Notes: generated by a model not told the origin, from the letters alone. A stretch of DNA of 58,193 nt, filler included, from Dugesia japonica (GCA_001938525.1; 6 parts of 6 records of this genome joined end to end with filler, not necessarily neighbours in it); one strand, 5' to 3'. Numbered from the whole stretch's first letter, positions 1 through 14,151 are shown. A program made the numbers and translations.

Positions 1-3000
1 CCCACGATTGATTCAACTGGGGGTAAATTCGACCGATCAACTAAGATTCCGGCGTCTCGCTGATGTGGGTTATGGAATCTTCGTAGAATTAACCGTCGTG
101 TTCTCCAATCTACGACGCGTATCTATATAGATTCTATATCTAAGAACAAAATAGGACTAATCAAATTCAGACTATACCGTTTTCTGACATAATAGATAAC
201 AACACAAAACAAACAGAATTTACAACATTTTATTTCAGTGTATAAATAAGCGCACAACTACCCAGAACGTCAAGAAAGAACTATTCCGCATCTAAATCTA
301 CTCGTGTGTCCATGGGGAACATCTCGGCGAAACAGCACAAGTTCGTTTCATCCGGATGTTCTATCCGTCCCTGAGTTATCCGGTGGGCTATCAATTGTTT
401 TTTACGAACAGCTTGCCACTGTCGTGGGATCTTTCGCAGAATCCGACACAATTCAATGGGCATGAGCTGCATATAAGAGGAATATAATTAAAAACATCAC
501 CAATAAATTAGTTCCTTAAGAAAAAATCGCATCGGCGTCACTTTCGGGTAGCACTAGTGGGAAGACTCTACTCTTACTCTCTGAAATCGCCGATGGAAAT
601 TTATCTCTGATCATAGAAAAATTGACCCACGTGCGAAATCTTGATGAAAATACCATAGTCGACGTTACTGGTATTACACGCCACTAGAATGTCAAGGTAA
701 CCGTAATGGTCAATTCGGGTCATAAAACAAATTGTAAAAGGAGGATAACGGTATCGGATTACTATTACTGTTGTTAGTACATATCGGTTCCCACAAAAAT
801 ATATTTATATGATGACGGGATGTTGGAATATCATTAATCGGCTGGCATGAATACCTTAAGTGATAAATCATCGGTTACCAATACATATTTTAATGGCAAT
901 GTCTATAATATGATCATCAGATAATGAAAAATAATCATAACAATTGTGGCGTTAATAGTGCACTTATTAATAGAGATATTACCGATACTAATAATATAAT
1001 AAGATTGTTGACAATAACTACAATAAATTGTGAAAAATGTTCGAAATCAGAAATTTTAAATGCGCAAGCGTTCTTGTCGCCTGGCGGCCTGCTTACTTAG
1101 TAACGGGGAACTGGTGTGTCGTACATAATTAGGGTTACGATTAGTATTGATTGCCGTTTCTACTACAACAACAAAATAATCACTGCTAAATTTGCTTGTG
1201 TGCATTCCTCGTGTGCATTGCTGAAGTTGTTTTCGGGTTTGTNNNNNNNNNNNNNNNNNNNNNNNNNNNNNNNNNNNNNNNNNNNNNNNNNNGAGAGAAT
1301 AATTTATAGAATTCATTATTTTTATGTTATGACAGAGGTTCTATTTCTGTGCGGATATTATTGAATTATTCGTTGATTTCCCCAAAAATCTATGTTGCTG
1401 CCCCAACGGAATTTCTTTTGGGTTAGTTTTCTAATCAAATTACCCTAGTGGACTTTTATCACATCGTGGACTGTATATATTCTGAACTCATTATGCCATC
1501 AGAAATAATTGAAAATTTTTATTATTGTGATTACCTCGTGGTTTAATGGTTAGTAAAAAAAAATACTCATTGATTGATTTTGATACAAGAATAAATAAAA
1601 AAAAAATTTCTTTTGCTTTGGTTTATTTTTCATAAGCACAATTTCTCGATTTATTTATCTATTATCTANNNNNNNNNNNNNNNNNNNNNNNNNNNNNNNN
1701 NNNNNNNNNNNNNNNNNNGGTTTATTTTTCATAAGCACAATTTCTCGATTTATTTATCTATTATCTAGAACTGATCATATTTTACCTAAACCTGCTAATT
1801 GATTTCCCCATCTTTTCATAATTATNTATTTAATAAGAAACAAACATTGATAATTTTCGACAATTTTATTAACCAGTTAACATATAAACGTAATGACAAA
1901 ATTTAACTTTTAATATTAATTGTGATTCTGCAACGGTGGAACAGACGTGATTCGGGACCTCACTATTATTTGTTTGAGTTATACTTTATCTTCTTTTTCC
2001 TTGTTTTTGCTGACTGAGCGGCGTTCGTTTGCTTGACTAAAACAGTGAATTTTCTGAATGGGTTTCCACTAAGGTTAGGTATTCACGAAATTGAAAATGT
2101 TACGATTAGTGTTAATAATTTTCACACAAGTTGTAGTTTTTGATGTTTATTCTACTAAAACTTGGAGCCTTTTTATATGATTTTCAGATGCAACTCGGCA
2201 TCATTCCTACTATTGGGTATTTTTATTTTCAAATACCCATCTTATTGGTGCCGGTGCCACGATTCCAAAATTTTTACAGAGTTTTAGAGCTCTGATTGGT
2301 AGGTATTTTTAGAGAACCATGTGATGGTTTTTTCTTTGTATTATTTTTATTTTTAGGCCTCTTATTGGTCCGATCTGGTNGACTCTGTAGCAGCCTTTTG
2401 GAAGGTGGTAGGTTTTTCTTTTTTGTAATTTTAATTGCATCTGGATGCTCCCTTCTCATTTTTTCTTGTCCGGGTTCTTTCCGACTTCATGGACCAAAGT
2501 TATCCGGATAAAAAAGATTTTTTGACTAATTTTGTTTCTTTTTTATTTCAAATTAATTAATTTTCTTCTGTTAATTAATTATTTTCCTTATTGCTTTTCT
2601 TCGTTGTTTATTATTAAATTAATAATTCTCTTAATTGACCATAATGATGGCTGGTTGTAATGTTCACATTCCTTACTGTCAACTTCTTCATTTCACCTTT
2701 GGTTTATAAATTAATAGTTGTACTCGTTTTCTTCCTTCTTTTAGTTGTTTTTTCGGAAAATAATTGTGTAACTCACTTTCCTTGTCTCGCATTTGATGAC
2801 CCCCGTGGTTTTGATTCTCTTCATCTGGGTGTTTCACCCCAACAGTTATATCAAATATCTAATTAAATAATTTGTAATGGCTTATAAGAAAAATAGTGTA
2901 CATAGGTTATCCGAATTTTTGAATAACAGACTATCGATTGCTCATCATGCTGGACGGAGCTGGCTTAACACTTAGCAGTTATTAAATGTTGCATATCATT

Positions 3001-4097
3001 TTAGTAGCGATGAACTCTGAAGATAATATTTCGTTTCGGTAAACTATTTTATCTGTGAGCAGCTAACTTCCTCCAGATGATGATCAATCTTCCTGTTAGA
3101 TACATTATCATATTAAATGTCTAAATATAAGTATTTAATTATAATTACTATTATAATTTACTATCATGTTGTTATATTTATAATGCAATCAATAACGTCT
3201 ATTTATAAAATCCACTTATTAACTATGATGAATATCTAAAGAAACAAGATGAATGATTACAAAATATGAATTTATATATTTTGTTGACATTAATAATCTT
3301 AATATCACAAATATAATAGACAAAAAATACTACAAAAGATAAGATTCAACTACATGCACCAATTGTGGAGACTTATTACGACAATTATTTGTCAAACTAA
3401 TTCAATTCATCGTTTATCGTCATAGCCACTTATCTCCACTCTATATTATCAATACTTTATTTCATTCACTCAATACTCGCCTTTTCACCATTTATTATTC
3501 ATTATAATCATTTGTCTTTCAGATTCCCTATTCATCTATATAGAATGACATTCTTCTATATCTATAATCACTCAATACTCGCAATTCAAATTTTTACATA
3601 ATGAGGAGTGGATGATCTCATAGGAAGGTAACCGCCATGTGACGATTGTCATCGCCAGCTGGGCCGACTAATATTGATCCTCACATCGGTACGCTTCTTC
3701 TCATCCGTTGCATATTATTTATAATGTTTAAATAAACAATAAAATTATTACTTATTTTTTTTTCTTTTGGTTTATAATAAATGCTGCGTAGGATTTTTCT
3801 ATAATCAAACTGCTAAGAGCTCCATACTGAAAAATTTTTTTTAGGGATGAAAAATCTAATTTTTGCTTTCTTTTTATACCTCATTGTATCGTCAAATTTT
3901 GACAGATACAGTTAGCGTCCACTTAAGATTTCTGTTAATGCAAGAAATCGCTCGTTGCTCACCCGTAGCTTCTACAGAGATGTCCAAATAGGGACGTGAT
4001 TATTTTTATTTTTTGTTTATTCTGTAGAAGATTAATTACTCACAGATGTTCTATATTTTCTCCTCAAATGGAAAGGCTTAAAAAATATTTTTCTTAA

Positions 4098-4104
4098 AAA
4101 ATAA

Positions 4105-4168
<64 letters not shown>

Positions 4169-4230
4169 NNNNNNNNNNNNNNNNNNNNNNNNNNNNNNNN
4201 NNNNNNNNNNNNNNNNNNTAATAATAATAA

Positions 4231-4289
<59 letters not shown>
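4098..4289. repeat. (AAT)n microsatellite spanning an N gap
   Basis: Long pure aat repeats on both sides of the gap; they produce the poly-Y/L/I pseudo-ORFs. Confidence 0.97.
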
Positions 4290-4290
<1 letters not shown>

Positions 4291-6099
4291 GAAATAAAGA
4301 CAACTACACAATCACATGCAAATATGAACATATAAATCCTGAATTCTTACATAAAATCATCAGACCTTCTTCTACACATAAATTTCTTGTCATAATTCCT
4401 CCGGGTTCATTACAAATAATAATATTTATTGAATAATAATAATTTTAATTATAATTATCGATAATGATAATAATTTCACATTTTTATATATTTTATAAAA
4501 TTATAACAATAATATAATTCTTTTACTTAAACCTGACTAATAATCTATTATTTAATTTTTTATAATGATTATGATGATTTTTTTGCTTTTCTTTTTCTAT
4601 AATAATATCAAAACATTTTAATATAATTATTTGTTTTAATCTTTCCTTTTCTCTCATCAATATAATTTTATTTTTAATACATGAATACTTTTAACATATT
4701 TATATAAATTATGAATAATAGTATTTTCCTTGTTGTATTTTACCTTCTCCTTTTCGATTGCTTAAATACTTTGATTTATTTTCTGAGCATATTTTACATT
4801 AGCCATCTAATTATTGATTATCTTCAATTATTATATCATTTAATATTTAATCAATTCTTTGTTTTCCCTATAACTTATTACACCTTTATTATTACCTTTA
4901 AATTTATTTCCTTCTCTACTTTTCCTATTTTACTGAGGACTGTTTCAGCCCAACACATTTATTAAAATTCCCAGGCGCGTGATGCATCCCTATTGCATAC
5001 ATATTGCGCCCTAATTTCATACATGTTGCATTCATTAATAAAAAAACTATTTACAATAAGAAACATTTATTATTACAACAACTACTTTTCTTTTCTTCTT
5101 TTTCTTTAATTTTTTCTTTCTTTAGATAGATGTCTATTCGTTTCAAGTATGTTTCTGTCCCTTTTACTACTAATAATAATATTATACACACATACACATC
5201 AAGTATATAAATAGAGATTCTTTTAAATATTTCATTATTTTCAAAATGGTAGATATTCGCTATTCGTCACACAAGCAATATGCAGATAGATATATGCAAC
5301 AAAAGTAATGAAGATTCTCCGGCCAATGAAGGATACAAAGTGTTATCAATCGTCAATCAAGCCTATACACTGAACTATATGGATAATTTAAATATGTGTA
5401 TAGTTAATAATAGCAGAACAATTAAAGAGAGAATACAATCTGGAACCGTTTATGAATCCAATGACAGAAATGTTTAACAACGAAATTTTGTTGTATCGAT
5501 ATAAGTTGGAAAGGAATTACAAAAGTGTCTGCATGCTTTGATAGAAATTCAATTTCTCGATAGTTTGGTGGTAATATCATTATTAATATTGATACAATAA
5601 TTGTTATTTAATTAGGTATTAAGAAAAGAAGTAAGCATTAAAAACTTAAATTCACTCCAAAGGTTCTTGAAAACATGTCATTTTTATGTAAACCTTGGTA
5701 AAGTTTTTTGAACTTGATTCACCAACAGCAGCTATTGAGATTTATATGGAAGAAAAAGTAAGATTTTTTGTTGAATTTTTAATGTCAGATATATAACATA
5801 AATATATGATACTAATTTGCAATTTTTAATGTAATAATTTAGTAATTAAAATAATAGTTAAGTTTATATTTAATAATAATTAAAATTATCCTAATTATAT
5901 TTAATATAAATAGCCTTCATTTATTAAAATAAATATAATCAATAACTATATTCAGTTAAACTATAATTATGGAAGCCTAGTTACGACCCTAACACAGATA
6001 AAAAAATGATCCGATCAAAACCATTTTGATCCCAAAAATCTTAGAAAAAAACAAGCACAAAATTACCAGCACAATCGTAAGCAGTTTTCGATTCCCCTC

Positions 6100-6650
6100 T
6101 CTTGCGCTACTATCTACCTACTGAACTGTTATTTCCAAGAATAACAAAGTTCTCAAGAAATCATGATGAAGATTCAATTGCCTGGTTGAAACGAATTGAA
6201 TCGTTCTTAGCAACTAATAAGTTTGACCTCATGTCAACTTTTCATTTTTTATCATATGGCGACGCTAAGGATTATTATTTTTCATTGAAAATTTAAAAAC
6301 TTTTCTGGAATTTAAAATAATCTTTTCTCGAACCACTGCTTTAATACAATAATTGTTATTGTTGCAATTGTAAATCATGAATCAAAATGGAGGACAAATC
6401 AACAAGAGATTGATTTAAATTAAGGTTCGTCAAAGATAAATATTTTTACCAATGATCTAAGTCTATAGTATAATCAGTCACAAGACTGATGATAGATTTG
6501 AAATTTTCGAATTACGAATTACAAAAGCTCTTATGGAAATATTCGAATCCGGATTGTCAATGGAAGAAATTGTGAATCAAATGATTCAAAAAAGAATAAA
6601 ATCTCAAGAATTAAAAATGTTTTTGCCCTGAAACCAGATTTCAATGGTGA
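6100..6650 (+). pseudogene. Degenerate LTR-retrotransposon gag (capsid) fragment
   Basis: ITKFSRNHDEDSIAWLKRIESFL...LSYGDAKDYY fits the Ty3/gypsy capsid pattern FSG..ED...WL..FE...L.G.A..WY; frame disrupted downstream. Confidence 0.55.
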
Positions 6651-7817
6651 TGATTTGCGACAGTCAGCTGAAATTTATGAAAACAATGGCGACATTGATG
6701 AAAATTCGTCAATAAATAAATTATATTCTGAAGTAGCATCAGCTAATTACCACCAAATATCGAATAGGATGTATACAAGAAGAAAAAAGGTCTGAACTAT
6801 ATTCAAATTTCGAATAACTAGTGGTATCAAGGTCAACTCCTGTTAATGATCCAGAAACAAATATTCGAATTCAATACCAAAGATAAAGATTATTATAAAT
6901 TGTTGAATAATAGCTAAAGTTAAAATCCTTGAAATGTTAATAATTATTTATTTTACAAAAAACTATTTTTTAATAATGAATTATATAAACAAATAATATC
7001 ATTTAATAATAACAAATTTAAAACTTAATATCATTTTATAAATGATATATAACTGCTCTATCTCTTTCTAATTTTCAGTTTCAATTTTCTTTAGCCGTTC
7101 AAGTCTTTTGGGTTTAAGCTGTCCTGCATAATCTTTAAGCACCTGATGTGAACTTATAAATTTATTAATTTTGCAAGGACTCTTATACCTGAAACCTTCT
7201 TTCTTTAACTTGTGTGGTTCTCTGTAGTGATAATTAGTGATAAATAGTGCGTGATGATTTGTTGGACCGTCAAACTATAGTCAAAGTCATCCTCTATACA
7301 GTAACAACTTTAACTCTGTAGTAGGTAAATTTACGGGTGAGAATAAGGGCGAAAATACAAGGAATGGGTTTTTCTGAGACCTAAATGTTATAGTCTTCTT
7401 ATTGAAAAGGAATGGATTAAGGCTAAAGGAAAAGCATTGAAAGCCACTGGCTTATCACATTGTTATAATAACGATGAAAAGATATTAGTGTATAAATTTA
7501 TAATATGTACAAAAAGCTTTAAAGGATTAAAGACAGTGTTAACAAACAATGCGGATAAGCGAATCTGGATTGATAAGATTATAAGCATAACATATGGGTA
7601 TTACTATAATAAAATATATGAGGATTACATGTAGTATTTTAGTCTCGTAAATTAAAATATCTCAAATCATCCAAATAATCATTTATCAAACAAGCATTTA
7701 ATTTGGATTTGTAATTATTTTTTTTATTATTATTATTTAGTTATACAAATTTCTCAAAAATTCACAGAGCAACCCACTTCAACAAACGTGGAAATTTGTG
7801 CATGTTGTTAGTTATGA

Positions 7818-8560
7818 TGGGTATGGCAACATATTCCATACAAGCTCTAATACTTTTTGACTGGTTGCCAAACTTGTGTGTGGTCTTGCATTGTCATGAA
7901 ACACAGCTGCTTTATCTTTAGCAAGATCCCGACGTTTGTGGCTGATGGCTTCGTTTAAACTGTTCAGTTTTCGACAATACAAATCAGAATCAATTGTTTG
8001 ATTCCTTTCTAAGAGCGCAAAATGGACGACAACTTTGCAATTACACTACACTGAAAGCATAATCTTACACTGGTAAATATTTGCTTTCCATCACATCTGC
8101 TCCAACACCGTTTGTGGTTCACGTTATCATCAATTTTTGGTCACCAGTGATCAATCAATACAAGAAAGGATGGTTTGTCTGACATTTCATGGGTATATCA
8201 CATATGTTTATTCGTGATGCCAAATAGATAAAACCTTTAGCTTGTCTACACATCCCAGGTTCTTCATATGGCCATAAACACTTGTATTATTTATTTTCAA
8301 TATTTCCGCAATATCTCGTGTCGCGAAATGTGGATCTGATTTAATTAATGCTCTTAATTCATCAGTATCAGCTTTGGATGGCTTTCCTGGCCGATTAGCG
8401 TTATTAAATCAAAGTCAATATCATGTAATTTTGCAAACCACCATTGGCGTAGGGCTTTGACACCATATAATAAATTATTCACAAATGAAGCAAATGATAA
8501 ACTAATTAGAAACATGTTATGACAAACGTCCAAAAACTGTATAGTTTCAAAAAAAAACAT
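7818..8560 (-). mobile_element. Mariner transposase pseudogene, 3'-truncated
   Basis: Minus-strand translation: QWWFAKL, IKSDPHFATRDIAEIL (HTH), PFLY*LITGDQK, KIMLSV*..VVHFALLERNQTIDSDLYC, FHDNARPHTSLATSQKVLELVWNMLPYPS*, ending at the HPPYSPDL motif. Confidence 0.9.
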
Positions 8561-10022
8561 TTTTAATCAAAATCGTTTTCAATTTAAATAAATTAATATT
8601 TTTCAAAACTTCAATCTCAAATAGAATAATATATTTCAGTTTAAATAAATCCAACTTCTGACCAAATTTAATATAAAAATTATTATTCTCACAATAATTG
8701 TAATTATAAAAATTATAATTTAATTAAAATTATTTTCAAATTTAAAAACAATTTTATAAAACATGATTCAATTTGATANNNNNNNNNNNNNNNNNNNNNN
8801 NNNNNNNNNNNNNNNNNNNNNNNNNNNNNNNNNNNNNNNNNNNNNNNNNNNNNNNNNNNNNNNNNNNNNNNNNNNNNNNNNNNNNNNNNNNNNNNNNNNN
8901 NNNNNNNNNNNNNNNNNNNNNNNNNNNNNNNNNNNNNNNNNNNNNNNNNNNNNNNNNNNNNNNNNNNNNNNNNNNNNNNNNNNNNNNNNNNNNNNNNNNN
9001 NNNNNNNNNNNNNNNNNNNNNNNNNNNNNNNNNNNNNNNNNNNNNNNNNNNNNNNNNNNNNNNNNNNNNNNNNNNNNNNNNNNNNNNNNNNNNNNNNNNN
9101 NNNNNNNNNNNNNNNNATCGAAAATTTTTGCAAAAATCAGAATTAAAAAGGCAAAATTCTATTCTTCCAATACCGCACTAATTCAAGAAAATTAATTAAC
9201 AATGACACTTGAAAACCTTCCCATATTTTACTTTAAATTTCTCTCTAATTCAACATTAGAAATTAATAAATTAATNNNNNNNNNNNNNNNNNNNNNNNNN
9301 NNNNNNNNNNNNNNNNNNNNNNNNNTGTAATAATCAATTATTTTACTAAAAATAAAATTAATTTGTAATAATCAATTATTTTACTAAAAATAAAATTAAT
9401 TTGNNNNNNNNNNNNNNNNNNNNNNNNNNNNNNNNNNNNNNNNNNNNNNNNNNNNNNNNNNNNNNNNNNNNNNNNNNNNNNNNNNNNNNNNNNNNNNNNN
9501 NNNNNNNNNNNNNNNNNNNNNNNNNNNNNNNNNNNNNNNNNNNNNNNNNNNNNNNNNNNNNNNNNNNNNNNNNNNNNNNNNNNNNNNNNNNNNNNNNNNN
9601 NNNNNNNNNNNNNNNNNNNGATAAAGAAAATTGATGATTAAGACATAATTAATATAATTTCATTAATTCAATTTTGATGTAATGGACAATTAATTAATTA
9701 ATTATAAATAAAAAATAGAAATATGTAGTACAGGAAAACTCCGCTTAATGTGGGTTTTTTGTTCCATCAAAGTGTTAGGTTCGTGAGATGAAAACTAACA
9801 CAAAATATTCCTGACTCCAATTATTATTATTATTATTATTTGGCGTGTAGGTAAGAGTATTGGTTATTATAAATATTAATATCATAAATAATATTATGAT
9901 TAAATAACACACTTTATTTTAATAAAACTTTGTTGAAAATAAGTCAAATAATTACAAAGATCAATATTAATAACTGATATGAGTTTGCAGTATTCATCGG
10001 ATCATTAATATCAAGACTCAAT

Positions 10023-10142
10023 TTATTCACAAAAGCAAAACTNNNNNNNNNNNNNNNNNNNNNNNNNNNNNNNNNNNNNNNNNNNNTTAATTAATTAANN
10101 NNNNNNNNNNNNNNNNNNNNNNNNNNNNNNNNNNNNNNNNNN
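10023..10142. other. Artificial scaffold spacer (TTAATTAATTAA at 10087-10098)
   Basis: All-frame stop linker flanked by N runs; same design occurs five times. Confidence 0.95.
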
Positions 10143-10766
10143 TTTTACAAATAAATTTTGTTTTGTTTTGATCGAAGCCTTATCTTATTTTAATGAAATA
10201 ATTTCAAAAACTCAAGTTAAATTTTAAGACCTTTTTAAATAGAAATATTTGGAAATCCTTTTTAACAAATATTTAATTTTATTCTTTGATATTTAATTTT
10301 TTTATTCATTTTTTCAAGAGTCAATTTTATTCTAAATATTTTAAATATAGTAAGTGTACTAGTTATTAGAATAAGAAGCTTTATAGAATCAAATTCATAA
10401 GTAACGTTCTTTTCCGCCTTATGAATTTAAAATTTTCGATTTTCAATGATTAGAATGGTCGTTTGATAGAATCAATTATAAGTTGACAAACATGATCACA
10501 ATAACCGGTGCATACTGTATTTTTAAATCAATTCTATATTAAATAATATTATAAAATTTATTTTAATTTAATTAATTTCAATTTATTAATTTTATTCATT
10601 AAATTTTATTTAAAAGAATTCTCTCATTATTTTGAATACTTTGAGTATTAAACCTTTTTTAAAATTAACTTAAAATCTACATTTTCCAAATAAATGAAAG
10701 CTGATATCTCAAAAGATTTGTTTGTACTATTAATCTTTTTTCTAAGTTTTTTAAAAATATAATGTT

Positions 10767-11075
10767 AGTAATAGTATATTTACGCTTTACCGACAGGGAG
10801 GTATACTACATTAAAAATATAAAATATAAAATGCAAAATATAAAATATAAAAATGTTGAGCGAAATATTTTTTATGTAAAATATAAAATATAAAAATGTC
10901 GAGTGAAATATTTTTTATGTAATATGTCCAACAAAAATGTCCAACAAAAAATGTCGAGTGAAATATTTTTTATGTTAAATGTAAAATCGGTCACACCGTG
11001 GCTTTAATATAAAATATCCGTTTCGCACACAAAACTGTGCGATAGATATTTAAGAGGAATAATATAAAATGTAAA
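10767..11075 (+). repeat. Candidate left terminus and sub-terminal repeat array of the Polinton
   Basis: AGTAATAGT start (Polinton ends are typically AG(T) repeats); arrays of AAAATAT/AAAATGT; three copies of AAATGT(T/C)GAG(C/T)GAAATATTTTTTATGT. Confidence 0.55.
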
Positions 11076-11132
11076 GTGTTAAAAAAATTGGCACCCTTTT
11101 TAGTGGGTGTGATTAAATTTTAAATATAGAAA

Positions 11133-12932
11133 ATGAGTGACACAAACAGATGTTCTAAACATTTAAAAATTTAGCAGGGTTAAAAAGAAACATTAGTTCT
11201 AGAATTTGTTATAGAACAAATGAAATATTTAAATGTTTAAAATGTCCTAAATCATTTAGAAATGAAAGTGGTTTACAAGAACATTTAAATTCAACAAAAT
11301 GTGGAAATCCAAATATTGTTCCATTATTCTGTGAAATTTGTAATAAAAGACTTCAAAGACAAAATCATGCAAGAACACATTATAATTCTCCTAAACATAA
11401 AGAAATGGTTAATAAAGTTTTATTTGAAGAATTACCACAAGAAGAAGCAATTGATTACGAAGCAGAAATTAGAGATATTTTAAGAATGTATAAAGAATAT
11501 GAAATTGAATATTTCAAAGAAAGCAAAGTAGTAATGNNNNNNNNNNNNNNNNNNNNNNNNNNNNNNNNNNNNNNNNNNNNNNNNNNNNNNNNNNNNNNNN
11601 NNNNNNNNNNNNNNNNNNNNNNNNNNNNNNNNNAAAAAGATTCTTATAAGTATGTCAGTTAAATGTAGATATACAAAAGAAATAAATAATGAAAATGTTG
11701 AAAGAGATTTTACATCATATTCTATAAATAAAAGATTTATAAATGAAAGTGAAATTGAAAATAATGTAAATGAAATATTTAATGAATTAAAAAAATATAT
11801 TGAAGAAGAAGATAGATAAGGCTCAGGATGGACAATGAATTATATTGTTGATTATAAAATAGATTTAAATAAATATCAATCATTAGCTGGAGCAACATAT
11901 TGTAAATTACCTTTTAAAAAACATGGAGTAATCAATATAGAAAATAAAGATGATAAATGTTTCCTGTATTCAATATTAGCACATAAATATCCAATTGATG
12001 AACAACCATCAAGAGTAGAAAATTACATTCTACATTTATCAGAATTAAAATATCACGGTTTTAAATTTCCTATGAACATCGATGATATAAAAATATTTGA
12101 GAAATTAAATAATTTAGAAATAAATGTGTTTGGTGTAAATGCTAATAAAAAACTTGAACCATTTCATATTTCACATCACACAAGAAATTCAACATCAGAA
12201 GAAAATAAATGTAATTTGTTAGTGTATAAAAATCATTATGTTTTATGTAGAGACATAACTGTATTTTTTGCAACAAATGGAAATAGAAATTATCCATGTA
12301 TCAGATGTTTGAATTGTTATTCAAGTGAAGAAGTTTTAATAAAACATCAAGAATTGTGTATTAAACATAAACCAAATAACATTATATTTCAACATGATGA
12401 TTATTATTATTTTAATAAATATTATCAGAAAAATAAAATGCCATTTGTATTAATTGGAGATTTTGAAGCATATACAAACATTCTAACTAAAAAACAAAAA
12501 GCTTTATCTTTAGGGGTTTATCTCAAAAGTGATTATCAAGAATTATTAGAAAGTAAATATTATGAATTCTCAGGTGAAAATATTTATGATGAGTTCTTTG
12601 AATTTTTAGAAGACATTAGTAATAAATTAGAGGATATAAAAGAAAATAAATTAATAAAAGAAATCACAAGTGAAGTTCCAGATTTTACATCTAACACAAA
12701 ATGTAGATATTTTGAAAATAAAATATGCAGCACTCCAGTTAAAGATCATAATCATTTTACAGGAGAATTTAGAGGATATTCATGTGAAAGATGTAACTTA
12801 AATGATAAAAGTGTAAAAAAATTATTTATACCATTTTACTGTCATAATGCATCAGGTTATGATAATCATTTATTCTTTAGAGAATTATGAACAAAGTTTC
12901 CATCAACCGTTAAAAAAATAATTCCAAAAAAG
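11133..12932 (+). pseudogene. Protein-primed family B DNA polymerase (pPolB), N-terminal half only
   Basis: N-terminal zinc fingers (CLKC..HLNSTKC; CEIC..HYNSPKH), *GSGW motif, vOTU-like NKDDKCFLYSILA...NHYVL, CIRC..HQELC finger, Exo I GDFE, EndoVII-like VKDHNHFTGEFRGYSCERCNL, Exo II HNASGYDNHLF; internal stops near 11818 and 12888; breaks off after KKIIPK. Confidence 0.92.
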
Positions 12933-12948
12933 TAAAAGATGAACTTAA

Positions 12949-13326
12949 AAAGAAGGAGGATTTGTATTTCTAGCTGCAATACCAGCAATTTTCGGTGCGT
13001 TAGCCGGAACAGCGGGAATTGCATCTGGAATTGCATCAACTGTAGCTAGTTCTAGAGATGCTATTAAAAAACAAAAAGAAATCCAGGCTTTAGACTCTAA
13101 ACCTAAAACCGAAACCGAAAATAAAGGAGAAGGTTTATATTTAAATCCATATCGCAGACAAGGTTTATATTTAAATGCATGACAAGGAAATGCAATACAT
13201 AAATATTTAAAAAATATTGATCCTAACATGAAAGATGTAACAAAAAAATTTAAAGATGGAATACAAATAATTCAACAAGGTGAAGGTCTTTATTTAAATC
13301 CTTATAGAAATAGCCATGAATACTGA
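12949..13326 (+). pseudogene. Adenovirus pX/mu-like core or membrane-active precursor (missed by the ORF track)
   Basis: KEGGFVFLAAIPAIFGALAGTAGIASGIASTVA resembles adenovirus pX GGILPLLIPLIAAAIGAVPGIASVA; three G.GLYLN(P/A) motifs; one TGA at 13180; 5' part removed by the deletion. Confidence 0.75.
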
Positions 13327-14151
13327 ACAAATAGAAAATATAATTAAAGAATTAAAAAGTCAAATTAAAGCTCAAGAAAAATNNNNNNNNNTTTTCTGTG
13401 GAAATGTTGTTGAATCAAGAGAATTACAAAGTGAATTATCTATCATGCAACAACCAACAATTTCTGCATTAACTTCACACATTCCTATTAAAGAAGAAAT
13501 TAAAGAAGAAACTATTAAAGAAGAAACTATTAAAGAAGAAATTAAAGAAGAACCCATTAAAAAAGAAGAAAGAATTATTGGTGTATTAAGAAAAAAAGAA
13601 ATACAACCATTTAAGCTTACTTTTTTAAAAATTAATGAAAATGAATTAACAGAATTAACAACACCAAAAATATATAAGACAGTCGTTGGTGATAAAAAAT
13701 TAATAACAATAAAATTTCCAGAAAATGATGAAGAGTTATATTTTTATCAAAGAGATAATACAAAATATTTTAATATAGATGAAAAAAGTCACGCCTTTAA
13801 TTAAAAATTATTAGATATAATTTTAGGAAATAGAGAAAAGATAAATAAAGAAGATGTTGCAACAAAAGATTTAATTTCAATATATTTAAACAAAATGGTA
13901 AAAGTAACTAAAGATGATGAATACTATAAATTTTTAACAGCTAAAAAAGAGGTAGACCAAAATGTAAAGTTAAAGGTAAAGGAATGAATCCGATAAGTTT
14001 ATTTGAAAAGTTAACATTATTAATTTCAGCAGCAAAATCTGGACATGATAATGTAGATGAAGAAATTAAAAAGACATGTAAAAAATTAAAGATGATGGGT
14101 TTAATATCTAACAAGATTTAAGATAAATATAAAGCTAAATATTTTACATGA
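13316..14151 (+). pseudogene. Conserved Polinton hypothetical protein
   Basis: IKEE repeats; C-terminus KGKG-MNPISLFEKLTLLISAAKSGHDNVDEEIKKTCKKLKMMGLI fits the Polinton-associated P..L.ERL.LL.A...AGN....EI..I...L...G.I pattern; several stops and frameshifts. Confidence 0.65.

Noticed and set aside
4032-4331. Poly-Tyr/Leu/Ile ORFs (also 37023-37280) and X-filled ORFs
   Set aside because: Products of microsatellites and N gaps.
13180-13182. TGA read as Trp (alternative genetic code) in the Polinton
   Set aside because: Trp is TGG elsewhere (GSGW, THW) and internal TAA stops and frameshifts also occur, so ordinary decay is enough.
12945-13229. Minus-strand 94-aa ORF
   Set aside because: Antisense shadow of the plus-strand pX-like gene.
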